Assembly (NCBI GenBank): GCA_965219955.1
Contig: OZ244799.1
Coordinates: forward strand, 3,328,001-3,392,000
DNA length: 64,000 nucleotides
Source of the DNA: a bacterium
GTDB taxonomy: Bacteria; UBA8248
Direction of reading: 5' to 3'
Part shown: positions 1 to 10,409 of the stretch, in pieces
How the letters are laid out: the number at the start of each line of letters is the position of its first letter
How positions within the stretch are numbered: the stretch's first letter is position 1
Translations under genes and position numbers: made by a program
Notes under the pieces: generated by a model
Seen by the model: only the letters and a program-made list of their open reading frames with translations
What the model was told of the DNA's origin: nothing
Database searches by the model: none

Positions 1-241
1 CCGCCACGTCCTTCGCCCCGGCCGGCGAGATGCCGATCGCCTCGACCGGACACGCCGTCAGGCACCATGCCTCGTCACACTGAGGACAGGTATAAGGCGC
101 ATAGCTCGTATGACCTTCGAAAGCAGAAACCCGGATGACCGCCTTCGAGGGCTGAAACGTCCCCGTCTGCTCGTATGAGCACGCGAGTTCGCAACGCATG
201 CAGCCGGTACACTTCTCGGGAATGATCTTGAGTATTTTCAT
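1..241 (-). CDS. 4Fe-4S dicluster (ferredoxin-type) electron-transfer subunit, truncated by the window edge
   Basis: Not in the ORF track. Manual translation from ATG at 241 gives MKILKIIPEKCTGCMRCELACSYEQ...CPQCDEAWCLTACPVEAI, with CxxCxxCxxxC and CxxCxxxxCxxxCP motifs. Confidence 0.9.
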   Translation of the reverse strand, partial: MKILKIIPEKCTGCMRCELACSYEQTGTFQPSKAVIRVSAFEGHTSYAPYTCPQCDEAWCLTACPVEAIGISPAGAKDVA

Positions 242-400
242 CGCACCCCCACGATTTTTTGGTAGGGTTCCCCGCATCGCATCTCACGAATTTTTATGCG
301 GAAAACACATCTTTGAAATGATGAAGACGCGCGCATTCTCGCAGAGACGCACGACCCCGGTCAAACGAAAATCCCGATTTTTGAGCGCGCGCATGGAGCA

Positions 401-1282
401 TCAACCACCCGAGGTCACCAGAGCGGCTCCCGCCACGACGATGAGCGTTCCCACCACCAGACGCTTCGTGATGACTTCCAGGTCGCGAAGCAGCACCACC
501 GACAGCAAAAGAACGAAAATCGGGGTCATGCGAACGAGCGGGGAAATCACCGCGAGTTGCCCGTCGCGCAGCGAGGTCCAGAACAGCACGGCGGAGAAGA
601 GCCCAAACACACCCGCCGGAATGCAAGCTACCGCGATCTGTACGTTCCACTGAAATTTCTGGGCTTTCGATGCGAAGGACGAGGAAGCCAACAAACCCAC
701 GTTGGCTATCAGCGTGGCCACCAGAATTCCCAGCCAGGGCGCATTCATGGCGGCCAGCCCGGCTTTTCGAAGATAGGGCGTAACGCTGAAAGCCGCCATC
801 GCGATGAAAGCGAAGGTGTAGCGCTTCAGCGAATACTCTCCCGTTATCCGCTCGCCGGTGAGCCAGATCATCCCGATGACGATGAGCAAGATTCCCAGCC
901 AGACGCCGGAGTCGGGACGCTCGCCCAGAATCAGCACGCCCATCAGCGCCGAGCCGATGGGGGTCGCCGCCACGAGCGCGCTCGTCCTGCTCACACCGAC
1001 GTACGCACTCGAGCGAAGGGCGCTGTAGCGCGCTACGAGATTCCCCACCAGGCCCGTGAAGAGAAACAAGATGAGAGCCGCCACCCAATCGCCTTCATAG
1101 ATATCGAACGATGGCGAGAAAAAGACGGCGAGGACCGCCATCCACCCGTTCACCCAAAAAATAATGGTGATCGCCGAGGCGCGCTCGAGCAGTCTGCGAA
1201 CGAGTATTTGATTGCATGCGAACAAAAAAGCGCCCAGCAAAGCACGAAACTCGGGCGGCGCCTCCACAATCAAATTTCCCAT
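401..1282 (-). CDS. DMT/EamA family transporter
   Basis: About 10 hydrophobic helices and two EamA halves (LILGERP; VISPLVRMTPIF). Start moved to ATG 1282, which has a GGAG RBS. Confidence 0.85.
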   Translation of the reverse strand: MGNLIVEAPPEFRALLGAFLFACNQILVRRLLERASAITIIFWVNGWMAVLAVFFSPSFDIYEGDWVAALILFLFTGLVGNLVARYSALRSSAYVGVSRTSALVAATPIGSALMGVLILGERPDSGVWLGILLIVIGMIWLTGERITGEYSLKRYTFAFIAMAAFSVTPYLRKAGLAAMNAPWLGILVATLIANVGLLASSSFASKAQKFQWNVQIAVACIPAGVFGLFSAVLFWTSLRDGQLAVISPLVRMTPIFVLLLSVVLLRDLEVITKRLVVGTLIVVAGAALVTSGG

Positions 1283-1336
1283 TTCACTCCTCAAGAACCA
1301 CCACAAAAGCGCGGCCTACCCAAAATGAATGAGCAC

Positions 1337-2386
1337 CTATCTGCCCAGTACGATCAGAACGGCGCCCTCCACGGCAAGCAGCCCCCCGGCGATCACCCGC
1401 AAATTGATGCGCTCGAGCCTTTGATAAAAGACCCAGGAAAAGAAGATCAAGAATAAAATGGAGAGCCGATTTATCGGGATCACCTCTATGAGCTTTCCGT
1501 TCTTGATGGCGAGCCAAAAGCAGTACGCCGAAATAATGTTGAAAATCCCTCCGATGAGAACCAAATACAGGCTCTTTTTATTCCATGTTTTGGGGTTGAG
1601 TTCATGATTTTCCACAAAAGGGATGGAGCCGAGCTGGAGAAGCGCGCCCGCGAGCGCCGTGGTGGCGATGCCGAAAGCGGGTGAGGGAATCGTCTGAAAC
1701 GCGAGCTTCCGCAAGGGCGGGGCGAAGGAGAAGAAAAAGGCCGCGAGAATCGGAAGGAGATAATATAAAAAGGGCGCGCGCTTGCCGCCCGCCCCTCTCT
1801 CCTGAACAAGGAGTATCGCCCCCAACACGATGGCGAAAGTACCCAGGGCGATCGGGAAATTGATCGTCTCGCCGAAAAGGAGCATGGCCAGCAAAGCGCT
1901 CCATATGGGATGGACTTGCAGGAAAATCTGGGAACGCGCCATTCCGATGAGCGTCGCCGAGATGAAGTTCAGGTTTCTCGACAGGAAATGCGAGCAAAGC
2001 CCCGCCAGAACGAACCAGAAAATCCCCGCCAAAGGCCATTTTTCGAGACCCGCACCCAGTATGTATATGGTCGAAGCGTAAGTTACCAGCGTTAAATTGG
2101 TCACAAAGGTGATCGCCTTCGGTCCTATCCACTGCAGGGCGCCTCGATAGATGGTTTGCGTGACCGCCAAAAAGACAGCGGACAAAAAAGACAGAAAAAT
2201 CGGAGGGAGTGACTCGATCAAAGGCGATCCAAGAGACAGAGAGATGTTACGAAGCGATAGATTCTCATTATGACACGAGAAGTCTCCGCCTGAAATCAGC
2301 GAGACAAAGCAAAACCGGGTGCCGCGTGATATATTTTCAACTCCGCTTCCATCTGAGGATGTTAAACATGTCTCTTGACGCTTCAA
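1337..2386 (-). CDS. DMT/EamA family transporter (true start probably near 2220)
   Basis: Multi-TM protein with LLFGE and VIPINRLSILF EamA signatures. The N-terminal ~55 codons are probably not coding. Confidence 0.8.
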   Translation of the reverse strand: MKRQETCLTSSDGSGVENISRGTRFCFVSLISGGDFSCHNENLSLRNISLSLGSPLIESLPPIFLSFLSAVFLAVTQTIYRGALQWIGPKAITFVTNLTLVTYASTIYILGAGLEKWPLAGIFWFVLAGLCSHFLSRNLNFISATLIGMARSQIFLQVHPIWSALLAMLLFGETINFPIALGTFAIVLGAILLVQERGAGGKRAPFLYYLLPILAAFFFSFAPPLRKLAFQTIPSPAFGIATTALAGALLQLGSIPFVENHELNPKTWNKKSLYLVLIGGIFNIISAYCFWLAIKNGKLIEVIPINRLSILFLIFFSWVFYQRLERINLRVIAGGLLAVEGAVLIVLGR

Positions 2387-3042
2387 GACCCGCTGCGGAG
2401 ATTTTTCCCGAATACGCTCTACTGCCTGAAATGTACGCCCGGGAAGTGGAGGGTCTCACCGGGGAGCAACTCGATAAAAAACAACCCGGGAAAAGCTGGG
2501 GCCTGTGGTCGATCCGCGAGCAGGTCAGCCACATGGGATATGTGAATTACAGGTGGTTTTTGCAGGTCTGGGGGAAATCCCTGTTTGGAGAAAACTTGCC
2601 GAAGCCGAAATCCCTATACGACACGGGTGGCGCGGATCGACTCCTCGATCCCGAAAGATTCCACGAGATGGACGATCTGCTCGCCGCTTATGAAGACGGC
2701 TGCCGGCTGGCTCTGGATATCCTCAAAAACGAAACCAGAGAATCCCTGCGGGAAAAAACCAAAATCAGAGAAGTTCCCCGAAACTACGAATGGCCCTCTG
2801 GCGATCGGTATATCGACTGGATTGAAAACGTGGTCCTCAAAATCCACCCCGACGGTTTTTGGCGAGACGAGAAGAAAGACAACGTCTTCCACTACAACCT
2901 GGAGTGGACTTTTCGCCATGTGCTCTGGGAGGGATACGCCCACCTCAAAACCATCCAGGCGCACAAGCAGGCGCAGGGAATCGAGGCGAAGACAGCGCTG
3001 GATGAGGGCGTGGGCTACCTCGCCGCGCTCACCTGGGAGTGA
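2368..3042 (+). CDS. DinB/YfiT superfamily protein
   Basis: WSIREQVSHM N-terminal motif and C-terminal RHVLWEGYAHLKTI metal-binding His pattern. ATG 2368 follows GAGG. Confidence 0.7.
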   Translation: MSLDASRPAAEIFPEYALLPEMYAREVEGLTGEQLDKKQPGKSWGLWSIREQVSHMGYVNYRWFLQVWGKSLFGENLPKPKSLYDTGGADRLLDPERFHEMDDLLAAYEDGCRLALDILKNETRESLREKTKIREVPRNYEWPSGDRYIDWIENVVLKIHPDGFWRDEKKDNVFHYNLEWTFRHVLWEGYAHLKTIQAHKQAQGIEAKTALDEGVGYLAALTWE

Positions 3043-3571
3043 GCATCCGTTGCACCAGGCTCTCGGGCGCGTCGTCGACCGAGAAGGAATCCAGGATTTT
3101 CCCCGAGATGAAACCTTCTTCGTTCATGTGGCGGAAAAAAACCAGCAAAGGATCGTAATAGCCACGGACGTTGAGCAGGCCGACGGGCTTGTCGTGATAC
3201 CCGAGTTGAAGCCAGGTGATCATCTCCATGGTCTCCTCCAGCGTGCCGAGTCCGCCCGGCAGTACGATGAAGCCATCGGACAATTCCGCCATCAGCGCTT
3301 TTCTCTCGTGCATCGTGCGCACGACGCGAAGTTCGGTGATCCCCTCATGGGCGACTTCCATGTCCATCAACTTATCGGGAATCACGCCGGTAATCTCGCC
3401 TCCGTTCTCGAGCACGGCGTCGGCCAGAACGCCCATGAGTCCGATTCCCCCCGCGCCATACACCACGCCGATTCCACGCGCGCCCAAGGCATGTCCCAAA
3501 GCTTGCGCCGCTTCCCGGTATTCAGGCCGAACCCCTTTTGATGAACCCGCGAAAACACATATTCGTTTCAA
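3029..3571 (-). CDS. LOG family nucleotide phosphoribohydrolase (TIGR00730-type)
   Basis: ICVFAGSS, GLMG, MHERKALM and PGGLGTLEE motifs. Confidence 0.93.
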   Translation of the reverse strand: MKRICVFAGSSKGVRPEYREAAQALGHALGARGIGVVYGAGGIGLMGVLADAVLENGGEITGVIPDKLMDMEVAHEGITELRVVRTMHERKALMAELSDGFIVLPGGLGTLEETMEMITWLQLGYHDKPVGLLNVRGYYDPLLVFFRHMNEEGFISGKILDSFSVDDAPESLVQRMLTPR

Positions 3572-3697
3572 GGAAATTTCCTCCCCGCCAGGGCGGCGCC
3601 CAGGCAGGGGTCGACATCCTCTGGCTCTTGCTTTTCACTGTGACTTACTACTTCCATTGACGCCACCCATCATACTACCGCTACACTCAACTTCGCC

Positions 3698-4426
3698 ATG
3701 AAAATTCTGATATGGAACATCATGCACGGAGGCGGACGCCGGGTACCCGCCATCGTAGAATACATTCGTAGCGGAAGGCCTGACCTCCTCGTATTGAATG
3801 AGTTTCGCGGCACACCTCCCAGCCGTGAGCTCGCCTCCCGCATCGAAGAGTCGGGACTGCCCCACCAACTGAGCACGACACCCGAAAACCGACCAGTTAA
3901 AAACGCCTTGCTCCTCGCCTCGCGCTGGCCGCTCAGGCGCATCCACTGGAGAAGATCGCCCGAACCGGAAGAGCGCCGCCTGCTCGTTCATGTTCGCGCA
4001 CCCACGCCCGTCACCATTTGCGGCGTACACGTGCCCAACCGCGTAAGCGGAATCAAATATCCCTTCCTGGATGCGCTTCGCGATTTGGCGCTCCGCTGGC
4101 GCGGTGGCGGGGCGATTGTGGCGGGTGATTTCAACACCGGGCGAATCGGCGAGGATGAAACGGTGAAATGCTTCAACCGGCGCGAAGACGATTTCATGAC
4201 CACCATGTCGAAGGCAGGCTGGGCGGATGCCTATCGCAGCGTCCACGGCCAAAAACGCGCCTATACCTGGCGTGCGCCCGGCGGTGGAGGGGGCTTCCGC
4301 CTGGATCACGCGTTCATCAATCGCCGCGCGCAAGGCAGGCTGCTCGACGCGCGCATCGACTGGCCGCCGGGCAATCCGAGGCCGCCGAGCGATCACGCCG
4401 CTTTGTGGATCACGTTGAAAGATTGA
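3698..4426 (+). CDS. Endonuclease/exonuclease/phosphatase family protein (ExoIII-like)
   Basis: WNI, LNE, HVPN, GDFN, YTW, RLDH and SDHA motifs. Confidence 0.88.
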   Translation: MKILIWNIMHGGGRRVPAIVEYIRSGRPDLLVLNEFRGTPPSRELASRIEESGLPHQLSTTPENRPVKNALLLASRWPLRRIHWRRSPEPEERRLLVHVRAPTPVTICGVHVPNRVSGIKYPFLDALRDLALRWRGGGAIVAGDFNTGRIGEDETVKCFNRREDDFMTTMSKAGWADAYRSVHGQKRAYTWRAPGGGGGFRLDHAFINRRAQGRLLDARIDWPPGNPRPPSDHAALWITLKD

Positions 4427-4479
4427 TTCTGGTTGTAGTAGATGAAGGCTACTCTTTTGAACGGACGGGAGAAAAAACC

Positions 4480-5658
4480 GTGAGCAGACCCCTTGAGGGC
4501 GTCAAAGTATTGGACCTGACCCGTCTCGTCTCGGGCGGGATGTACGGCATGCAACTGGCCGACGCCGGCGCCGACGTGGTCAAGGTCGAAGTCCCGGGCC
4601 ACGGCGATACGCTGCGGGCGTGGAACCCGTACTGGTGGAAGGTCTACGGCCGGGGGAAGCGCTCCATCACGGTGAACCTCGCCACATCGCGAGGGCAGGA
4701 ACTTCTCCGAAAACTGGCGGCCGAGGCGGACGTTCTCGCCGAGAATTTTTTCGTCGGCAAACTCGAAAGTTGGGGCCTCGGGCCGGACGAGTTGTGGAAA
4801 GTGAACCCGAGACTCGTCATCGTCCGGATATCCGGATGGGGGCAGGACGGCCCTTACCGCGACAGGCCCGGCTTCGGCACCCTGGTGGAGGCGATGTCAG
4901 GCTTCGCCGACATGAACGGGTTTCCCGATTCCCCTCCCCTCGCTCCTCCCCAGCCGCTGGCGGATATGACGGCCGCGCTACAGGGCGTCGCCTCCACCAT
5001 GTTCGCGCTCTACCACCGCGACGCCCTGGGGGGCGGCAAGGGGCAGGTTATCGATCTGGCGCTTTACGAGCCGCTCTTCACGATGCTGGGCCCACAGGCG
5101 GCCCGCTATCTCATCGAAGGGGAAAAGCGGCCTCGCCTGGGCAACCGCTCCGAAAACTCCGCACCCAGAAACATCTATCCCACGAACGACGGGAAGTGGA
5201 TCGCAATATCCGCTTCCACCCAGCCGATGTATGAGCGCCTCGCCCGCGCCCTGGGACGCGAAGACATCATCACCGACGAGCGGTTCTTGAACAACGAGAC
5301 GCGCGTCGTGAACCAGGATGCGCTCGACAAAATCGTGGCCGACGCAATCGAAAAACTCAGCTGCGACGAAAATATGGATAGATTCAACGCGGGCGGCGTC
5401 ACGGCGAGCCCGGTCTACGACATCGAAGACATCCTCTCGGACCCCCATTTTCAGGCAAGAAACCTGGTTCGCCACGTGCCTGACGCGGATTTCGGGGCCG
5501 TGCCCATGCAAGGCGCTTTTCCGGGAATGTCGGAGACGCCCCTCGACATCGCCTGGACGGGACCTGCCCTGGGGGAACACACCGAAAAAATACTCGGCGA
5601 ATGGCTGGGCATGACGCCCCCGGAAATCGAGCGCTTGCGAAACGAAGAAGTGCTGTAA
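4480..5658 (+). CDS. CaiB/BaiF family III CoA-transferase
   Basis: PLEGVKVLDLT, LADAGADVVKVE, GKRSITVNL, SGWGQDGPY and PALGEHT motifs. GTG start after GGGAG. Confidence 0.92.
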   Translation: MSRPLEGVKVLDLTRLVSGGMYGMQLADAGADVVKVEVPGHGDTLRAWNPYWWKVYGRGKRSITVNLATSRGQELLRKLAAEADVLAENFFVGKLESWGLGPDELWKVNPRLVIVRISGWGQDGPYRDRPGFGTLVEAMSGFADMNGFPDSPPLAPPQPLADMTAALQGVASTMFALYHRDALGGGKGQVIDLALYEPLFTMLGPQAARYLIEGEKRPRLGNRSENSAPRNIYPTNDGKWIAISASTQPMYERLARALGREDIITDERFLNNETRVVNQDALDKIVADAIEKLSCDENMDRFNAGGVTASPVYDIEDILSDPHFQARNLVRHVPDADFGAVPMQGAFPGMSETPLDIAWTGPALGEHTEKILGEWLGMTPPEIERLRNEEVL

Positions 5659-5661
5659 CCG

Positions 5662-6504
5662 TTACCCCCTGGAAAACAGAACCACGGACGCCGCGGCGAA
5701 TGCGACTCCCACACCTTTTCGCAGCGTTAATCTTTCTTTCAAGAAGATGATGGCGAGCACCCCGGTCAACACGAAACTCAACTGGGCGATGGGCGCCACG
5801 ACGACCGCCTCGCCGTAGGTGAACCCCACGGCGATGGCCACATAGCTCGAAGAGGTGAGCACCCCGCACACGAAGGGGAGCCAGAGCGGCACGCCGCGCC
5901 TGGGCAGCGGGTCTTTTTGAATGAGCACGTAGGGCACGGCCATGCAGAAAACGCCCACGCTTTGCATGGCCGTCATCATGGCGGGTTTGGCCCCCATCCC
6001 GAGTCCCAGTTTGTAGAAAAGCCCGATGACGCCGAACATGCACATGGCGCCGACCGCCAGGCCGACGGAGCGCTTATCCCCGACGGACGCCGCCGCGACG
6101 CTCCCGCCCGCCGTCACGGCGAGAGCCGCAAGAACCAGGGCGAAGCCTTTGATAAGGTTTACATTTTCGCCGAGAAAGAAAATCGTGAGGGCGGCCGTGA
6201 CCGCGAAGTTCAGGCGGACGATCGGCACGAGCGCCACCGCCTCGCCCCGCTTCAAGGCGAGCAGAACGAATAAAAACGCGGTGAACGCCAGAATCCCGTT
6301 GATGAACCCAAAGGCGAGGCCCGGATTCCAGAGCAACTCCTCGCGATACCAGGCCAGGCCGAACGCGTTGGGCAGATACGCCATGTTCTGCAGGAACATG
6401 AAGGGCCCGCTGCGCATATCCCACTGCTGGCCCCATTTGTAGAGAAAGTCATTGACGCCGAGAAAACACAACGACATGAGCGCGAAGACGACTTCGGGCG
6501 GCAT
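5662..6504 (-). CDS. DMT/EamA family transporter
   Basis: Two EamA repeats (GEAVALVPIVRL...FFLGE; GEAVVVAPIAQL...FLKE). Confidence 0.88.
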   Translation of the reverse strand: MPPEVVFALMSLCFLGVNDFLYKWGQQWDMRSGPFMFLQNMAYLPNAFGLAWYREELLWNPGLAFGFINGILAFTAFLFVLLALKRGEAVALVPIVRLNFAVTAALTIFFLGENVNLIKGFALVLAALAVTAGGSVAAASVGDKRSVGLAVGAMCMFGVIGLFYKLGLGMGAKPAMMTAMQSVGVFCMAVPYVLIQKDPLPRRGVPLWLPFVCGVLTSSSYVAIAVGFTYGEAVVVAPIAQLSFVLTGVLAIIFLKERLTLRKGVGVAFAAASVVLFSRG

Positions 6505-6622
6505 ACGCGACTCCCCGGCGCGGACGTCCCTGCTCGCCACGCATACCGCTTGGCTGATGGGGGGATGAAAGCGCCCTCAATTCAGGGAAGCTTCAAGGGG
6601 CAGGCTTCAAAAACCGAAAAAA

Positions 6623-6651
6623 ATGATACGGCCCCCACCCCGCCGTGTCAA
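6623..6651 (-). promoter_or_regulatory. Probable sigma70 promoter of the EamA gene
   Basis: Minus strand TTGACA-N17-TATCAT. Confidence 0.6.
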
Positions 6652-6816
6652 CGGAATGCATGGCGGCGAACACCTCCATTTTCCCCATTCCGACCGGCCT
6701 GGCGTAACCCCCTGCGTTCAAAACATGCTATCTTAGAGTCGATAAGCCAGATAAAACCGTTACAATCCAAAAAACTGTGTGTTTTTCTTTCATCTTTCAA
6801 CTTGGGAGCCGAAGGG

Positions 6817-7281
6817 TTGGGTCGTGAATATCCGCTTCGCCCGATTGTCGGCGTGGGGGCCATCATCATCGAGGACGAAAACGTCCTCATCGTCCGCAGG
6901 GGGCAGCCTCCCAAGATGGGCGCCTGGAGCATTCCGGGCGGAGGCGTTGACCTGGGTGAAGACCTCGAGCAAGCCTGTATGCGAGAGGTCAGGGAAGAGA
7001 CGGGCCTGGACGTGGAGATTCTCTCCGAGGGCCGGGTTTTGAACCGCGTCACCCGGGACGAATGGGAGCGGGTGCAATTTCATTACGTGCTCATCGATTT
7101 CGTGTGCCGGCCCACCGGGGGCGTGCTTCAGGCGGCGAGCGATATATCGGAAGCCAGGTGGGTGCCGTTGAGCGAAGTGTCTTCTTTAAGTCCGATGACG
7201 AGTGGAACGGCGGAATTCATACTGGAATCGGTCGCCGCGCTCAACCAGTCATCTCGCTGGAAATATCGAGAAATCACTTGA
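6817..7281 (+). CDS. NUDIX hydrolase
   Basis: RPIVGVG and Nudix box GGGVDLGEDLEQACMREVREETGL. Probable TTG start at 6817. Confidence 0.9.
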   Translation: MGREYPLRPIVGVGAIIIEDENVLIVRRGQPPKMGAWSIPGGGVDLGEDLEQACMREVREETGLDVEILSEGRVLNRVTRDEWERVQFHYVLIDFVCRPTGGVLQAASDISEARWVPLSEVSSLSPMTSGTAEFILESVAALNQSSRWKYREIT

Positions 7282-8000
7282 AAGACAGCAGCGAAAAAAG
7301 ATCTCCGGATGAACAGCTCGCGGCTTTGGTTTTGCGTCTCGCCGCACGCGAACTCCGGACTCCCGCCTCTCACCTCAGAGAAAAGTTTCTCGCCCTGGCC
7401 CAGGAATCAGACCCCTGGAAGGCCCGCGAGGAAATCCAGGATTTATCCGAGAACATCCAGCACTTGAGCCGCCTCATCGAGACCCTCTCCGACGCCGCCG
7501 ACATCGAAGCACAACACGTCAGCCTGGATAGCGACGAAATCAACCTCGCGCACCTGTTCAGCGAACGCATCGGCAAGCGGCTGTGGAATTTTCCGTCTTT
7601 TCGGTTTTTGCCGGAGATGCCGTCCCGGCTCGACATATACGGCGACAGGACGAGGCTCACCTTTCTCATCGACGATTTGCTGGACGCGGCCATACACATC
7701 GCGCCCGAGGGCGGCATCATCCACGCGCTTCTCGCGAGGAAAGACGACCGAATCGTCTTATCGACCACCAACCGCAACGCAGAACTCTCGCGCTCTCGTT
7801 TCGAGTCGTTTATCGACTGGATGGCGAATGACCTGGAGAATCCGGGCGCGCTTCAGGGCATCGGAATCGGTCTTTATCGAAGCTATCTCACCGCCTTCAT
7901 CCTGGGCGGGCACCTGGAGATCACGACATCGCCCGAAGGCGGCGCATCCTTCACCGTCGAGTTCCCCGCACATCATTCACAACGTTCCGATTTTCCATAG
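7278..8000 (+). CDS. Histidine-kinase-like protein (HisKA + HATPase_c), catalytically degenerate, no sensor domain
   Basis: ARELRTP in place of SHELRTP, DDLLDAAI in place of NLLSNAI, intact GIGIGL and GASFTVEFP. Confidence 0.8.
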   Translation: MKDSSEKRSPDEQLAALVLRLAARELRTPASHLREKFLALAQESDPWKAREEIQDLSENIQHLSRLIETLSDAADIEAQHVSLDSDEINLAHLFSERIGKRLWNFPSFRFLPEMPSRLDIYGDRTRLTFLIDDLLDAAIHIAPEGGIIHALLARKDDRIVLSTTNRNAELSRSRFESFIDWMANDLENPGALQGIGIGLYRSYLTAFILGGHLEITTSPEGGASFTVEFPAHHSQRSDFP

Positions 8001-8012
8001 GAATCCATCTAC

Positions 8013-9086
8013 ATGAGCGACATCAAGCGAATTTCCGAGGAAGCGCTCGTCCGTTTCGCCACAAAAATCATCATGGCTCTGGGAACTCCCGAGGAGCGCG
8101 CCAGGGTAACGGCGGAAATCCTCGCAGCAGCGGATATGCGCGGAATATCGAGCCACGGCGTGGCGGGCGGCACGGGCTTGCGCGAGCTCGTCGACCGCAT
8201 CCGAAAAGACGCCATCGACCCGAAAGCCACTACGAGCGTCAAGCGAAATGAAAACTGGGCCGTCGCCACCATGGATGCGCAGGCCGGCATCGGCCCGGCG
8301 GCGGCGATGGATGCAACCCGCCTCGCGGGCGATCTGGCGGAAGAATACGGCATCGGAAAAGTCTATGTGCACAACGCGAACCACTTCGGGGCGGCGTGCG
8401 TGTACGTGGAGGCGCTCATCGAACGGGGTCTGGCCGGCCGCGCCACATGCACCTCCGGCGCCTGGATGAAGCCTTTCGGGGGAAACAGGATTCGATTGGG
8501 CACGAACCCAATTGCCTGGGGGGTGCCCGCGGGGGATCAGGCCATCGTCATCGATGCGGCCATGACGCAGCGCGCCGTCAGCCCCGCCATCCGCGCCAGC
8601 CGCGCGGGAGAGGCGATTCCGCCCGATTATTTTCTCGATGAAAACGGAGAGGTCATTTCCGGTCACGTGCCGTATGACGAACTGATCAAAGGCTCCGTTC
8701 TGCCCCTGGGAGGAACGCAGTTCGGCTACAAGGGCTCGGGCCTGGCCGTGCTGGTGGACCTGGACGGCGTCATCGGCGGCGGCGCGACGGAACGCATTCC
8801 GACCCTGCGTGTTCAAGACGATGTCCGCATCACCCAGACGATAGAGGCCTGGAGGCTGGACGCGCTCTATCCCATAGAGGATGCGAAGAGGCGCCTGGCC
8901 GAGGCGGTGAGAGACATCAAAAACTGCGGAGGGGCGGAGATGCTGCTGCCCGGAGAGCGCGAGGCGCGGACAAAACTGGACGCGGAGAAAAACGGCATCC
9001 CCTATGAAGCCAGCCAGTGGGATACGCTCAAAACGTTAGGAGACCTGGTGGGCGTCGATCCGCCCGAAGCCCTTCAGGAGAATTGA
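8013..9086 (+). CDS. Ldh_2 family (malate/L-lactate/sulfolactate-type) oxidoreductase
   Basis: ADMRGISSHG, NHFGAA, GTNPIA, PLGG..GYKGSGLA and LPGERE motifs. Confidence 0.9.
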   Translation: MSDIKRISEEALVRFATKIIMALGTPEERARVTAEILAAADMRGISSHGVAGGTGLRELVDRIRKDAIDPKATTSVKRNENWAVATMDAQAGIGPAAAMDATRLAGDLAEEYGIGKVYVHNANHFGAACVYVEALIERGLAGRATCTSGAWMKPFGGNRIRLGTNPIAWGVPAGDQAIVIDAAMTQRAVSPAIRASRAGEAIPPDYFLDENGEVISGHVPYDELIKGSVLPLGGTQFGYKGSGLAVLVDLDGVIGGGATERIPTLRVQDDVRITQTIEAWRLDALYPIEDAKRRLAEAVRDIKNCGGAEMLLPGEREARTKLDAEKNGIPYEASQWDTLKTLGDLVGVDPPEALQEN

Positions 9087-9157
9087 TCCGCTGAGCAAGT
9101 TGTTTTCGGTGTTTCGACTGTAGAGCACTCGCCGGAGCCGCATCCCAAAATTGCCGC

Positions 9158-10408
9158 CTAATCGTTTCGTTCCAGGCGAACGGTTTCTATCTGCCGCTCG
9201 TTCGCCGATTGCACGGTGAGCGTCCAGCCCTCAAGCAATATGCACTCGCCTTGCTTCGGGATATGCTCGAAGCGTTCCAGGAGATAGCCCGACAAGGTTT
9301 CGTAGTCCCCATCGGGGACGGGCAAATCCAGCGCCTCGCGCGCATCCTCTACCTCCATGCGGGCATCGACCAGATACCGATCTTCACTCACCTTATGGAA
9401 CATGCGGACTTCGTCGACGTCATACTCGTCAGCGATGTCGCCCACGATCTCCTCCACCAAATCCTCCAAGGTCACGATGCCGGTACAGGCCCCGTATTCA
9501 TCCACCACCACGGCCATCTTGTCCTTTCGGCTCATCAACTCATCGAGAAGCCTGTCGGCGGGCTTCGTCTCCGGCACGAAGTATGCGCTTCGGATGAGGT
9601 CTTCTTTCGCCTTGAGGCGCCCGGCGGCGTCGGGTCCCAGCCCGATAATGTCCCTCGCGTGCACGACGCCGACGATGTGGTGCAGGTTCTCCCTGTAGAT
9701 CAGAATCCTCGAGTGGCCGTCGTCCTCGATTTTTTCGATTACCTCCTCCACCGTGCTCTCTTCCTCCACCGCGGAGAGGTCCACGATGGGCACCAGCACG
9801 TTTTCCATGTCCAACTCACCGAACGTGAAGATGCGGCCGATCATCTGGCGTTCGAGAACCTGCACGTCTCCGTCGCTTTGCTCCTCCATCAGCGTCTCGA
9901 GTTCCTGCCGCGTGACGAAAGGCGTGCTCTCCCCATTTCGCCTTTTCAGCCCCACTACGGCGCCGATGAGCGCGCTGATGAGCCAGACCAGGGGATACAC
10001 GACCAGCCTGGCGCCCCAGACGACGCGCGCCAGCACGGGGGCGAGCACATCGGCGCGGGCCTGGCAATAACCCTTGGGAACCACCTCTCCGAACACCACG
10101 AGCAGCGGGATCACCAAGGCGACCGAGAGCGCCTCCCCATACGCCGGGCCGACGAAATTGATGGCCGCGATGGTGGCCAGGGAAACGTTCGTCACGAAAC
10201 TCGCGTTATGACAGGTGAGAATCGTGCCCATGAGCCATTCGGGTTTTTCCAGAAGTTGCAAGGCGAGATCTGCGCCCCTGTTCCCTCCCTCCGCCTTGGC
10301 GCGCAGACGGGCGCGGTCCGCGGAAACGATGGCGATCTCAGCACCCGAGAACAATGCTTCCGACAGGAGAAGGATGAGACCGATGACGATGACCGAGAAG
10401 ATATCCAC
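9158..10408 (-). CDS. CNNM/hemolysin-family (DUF21-CBS-CorC) membrane protein
   Basis: FSGAEIA, FGEVVPK, HSRI, VVDEYG..GIVTLEDLVEEIVGDIADE and ETLSGY motifs. Confidence 0.92.
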   Translation of the reverse strand: MDIFSVIVIGLILLLSEALFSGAEIAIVSADRARLRAKAEGGNRGADLALQLLEKPEWLMGTILTCHNASFVTNVSLATIAAINFVGPAYGEALSVALVIPLLVVFGEVVPKGYCQARADVLAPVLARVVWGARLVVYPLVWLISALIGAVVGLKRRNGESTPFVTRQELETLMEEQSDGDVQVLERQMIGRIFTFGELDMENVLVPIVDLSAVEEESTVEEVIEKIEDDGHSRILIYRENLHHIVGVVHARDIIGLGPDAAGRLKAKEDLIRSAYFVPETKPADRLLDELMSRKDKMAVVVDEYGACTGIVTLEDLVEEIVGDIADEYDVDEVRMFHKVSEDRYLVDARMEVEDAREALDLPVPDGDYETLSGYLLERFEHIPKQGECILLEGWTLTVQSANERQIETVRLERND

Positions 10409-10409
10409 T

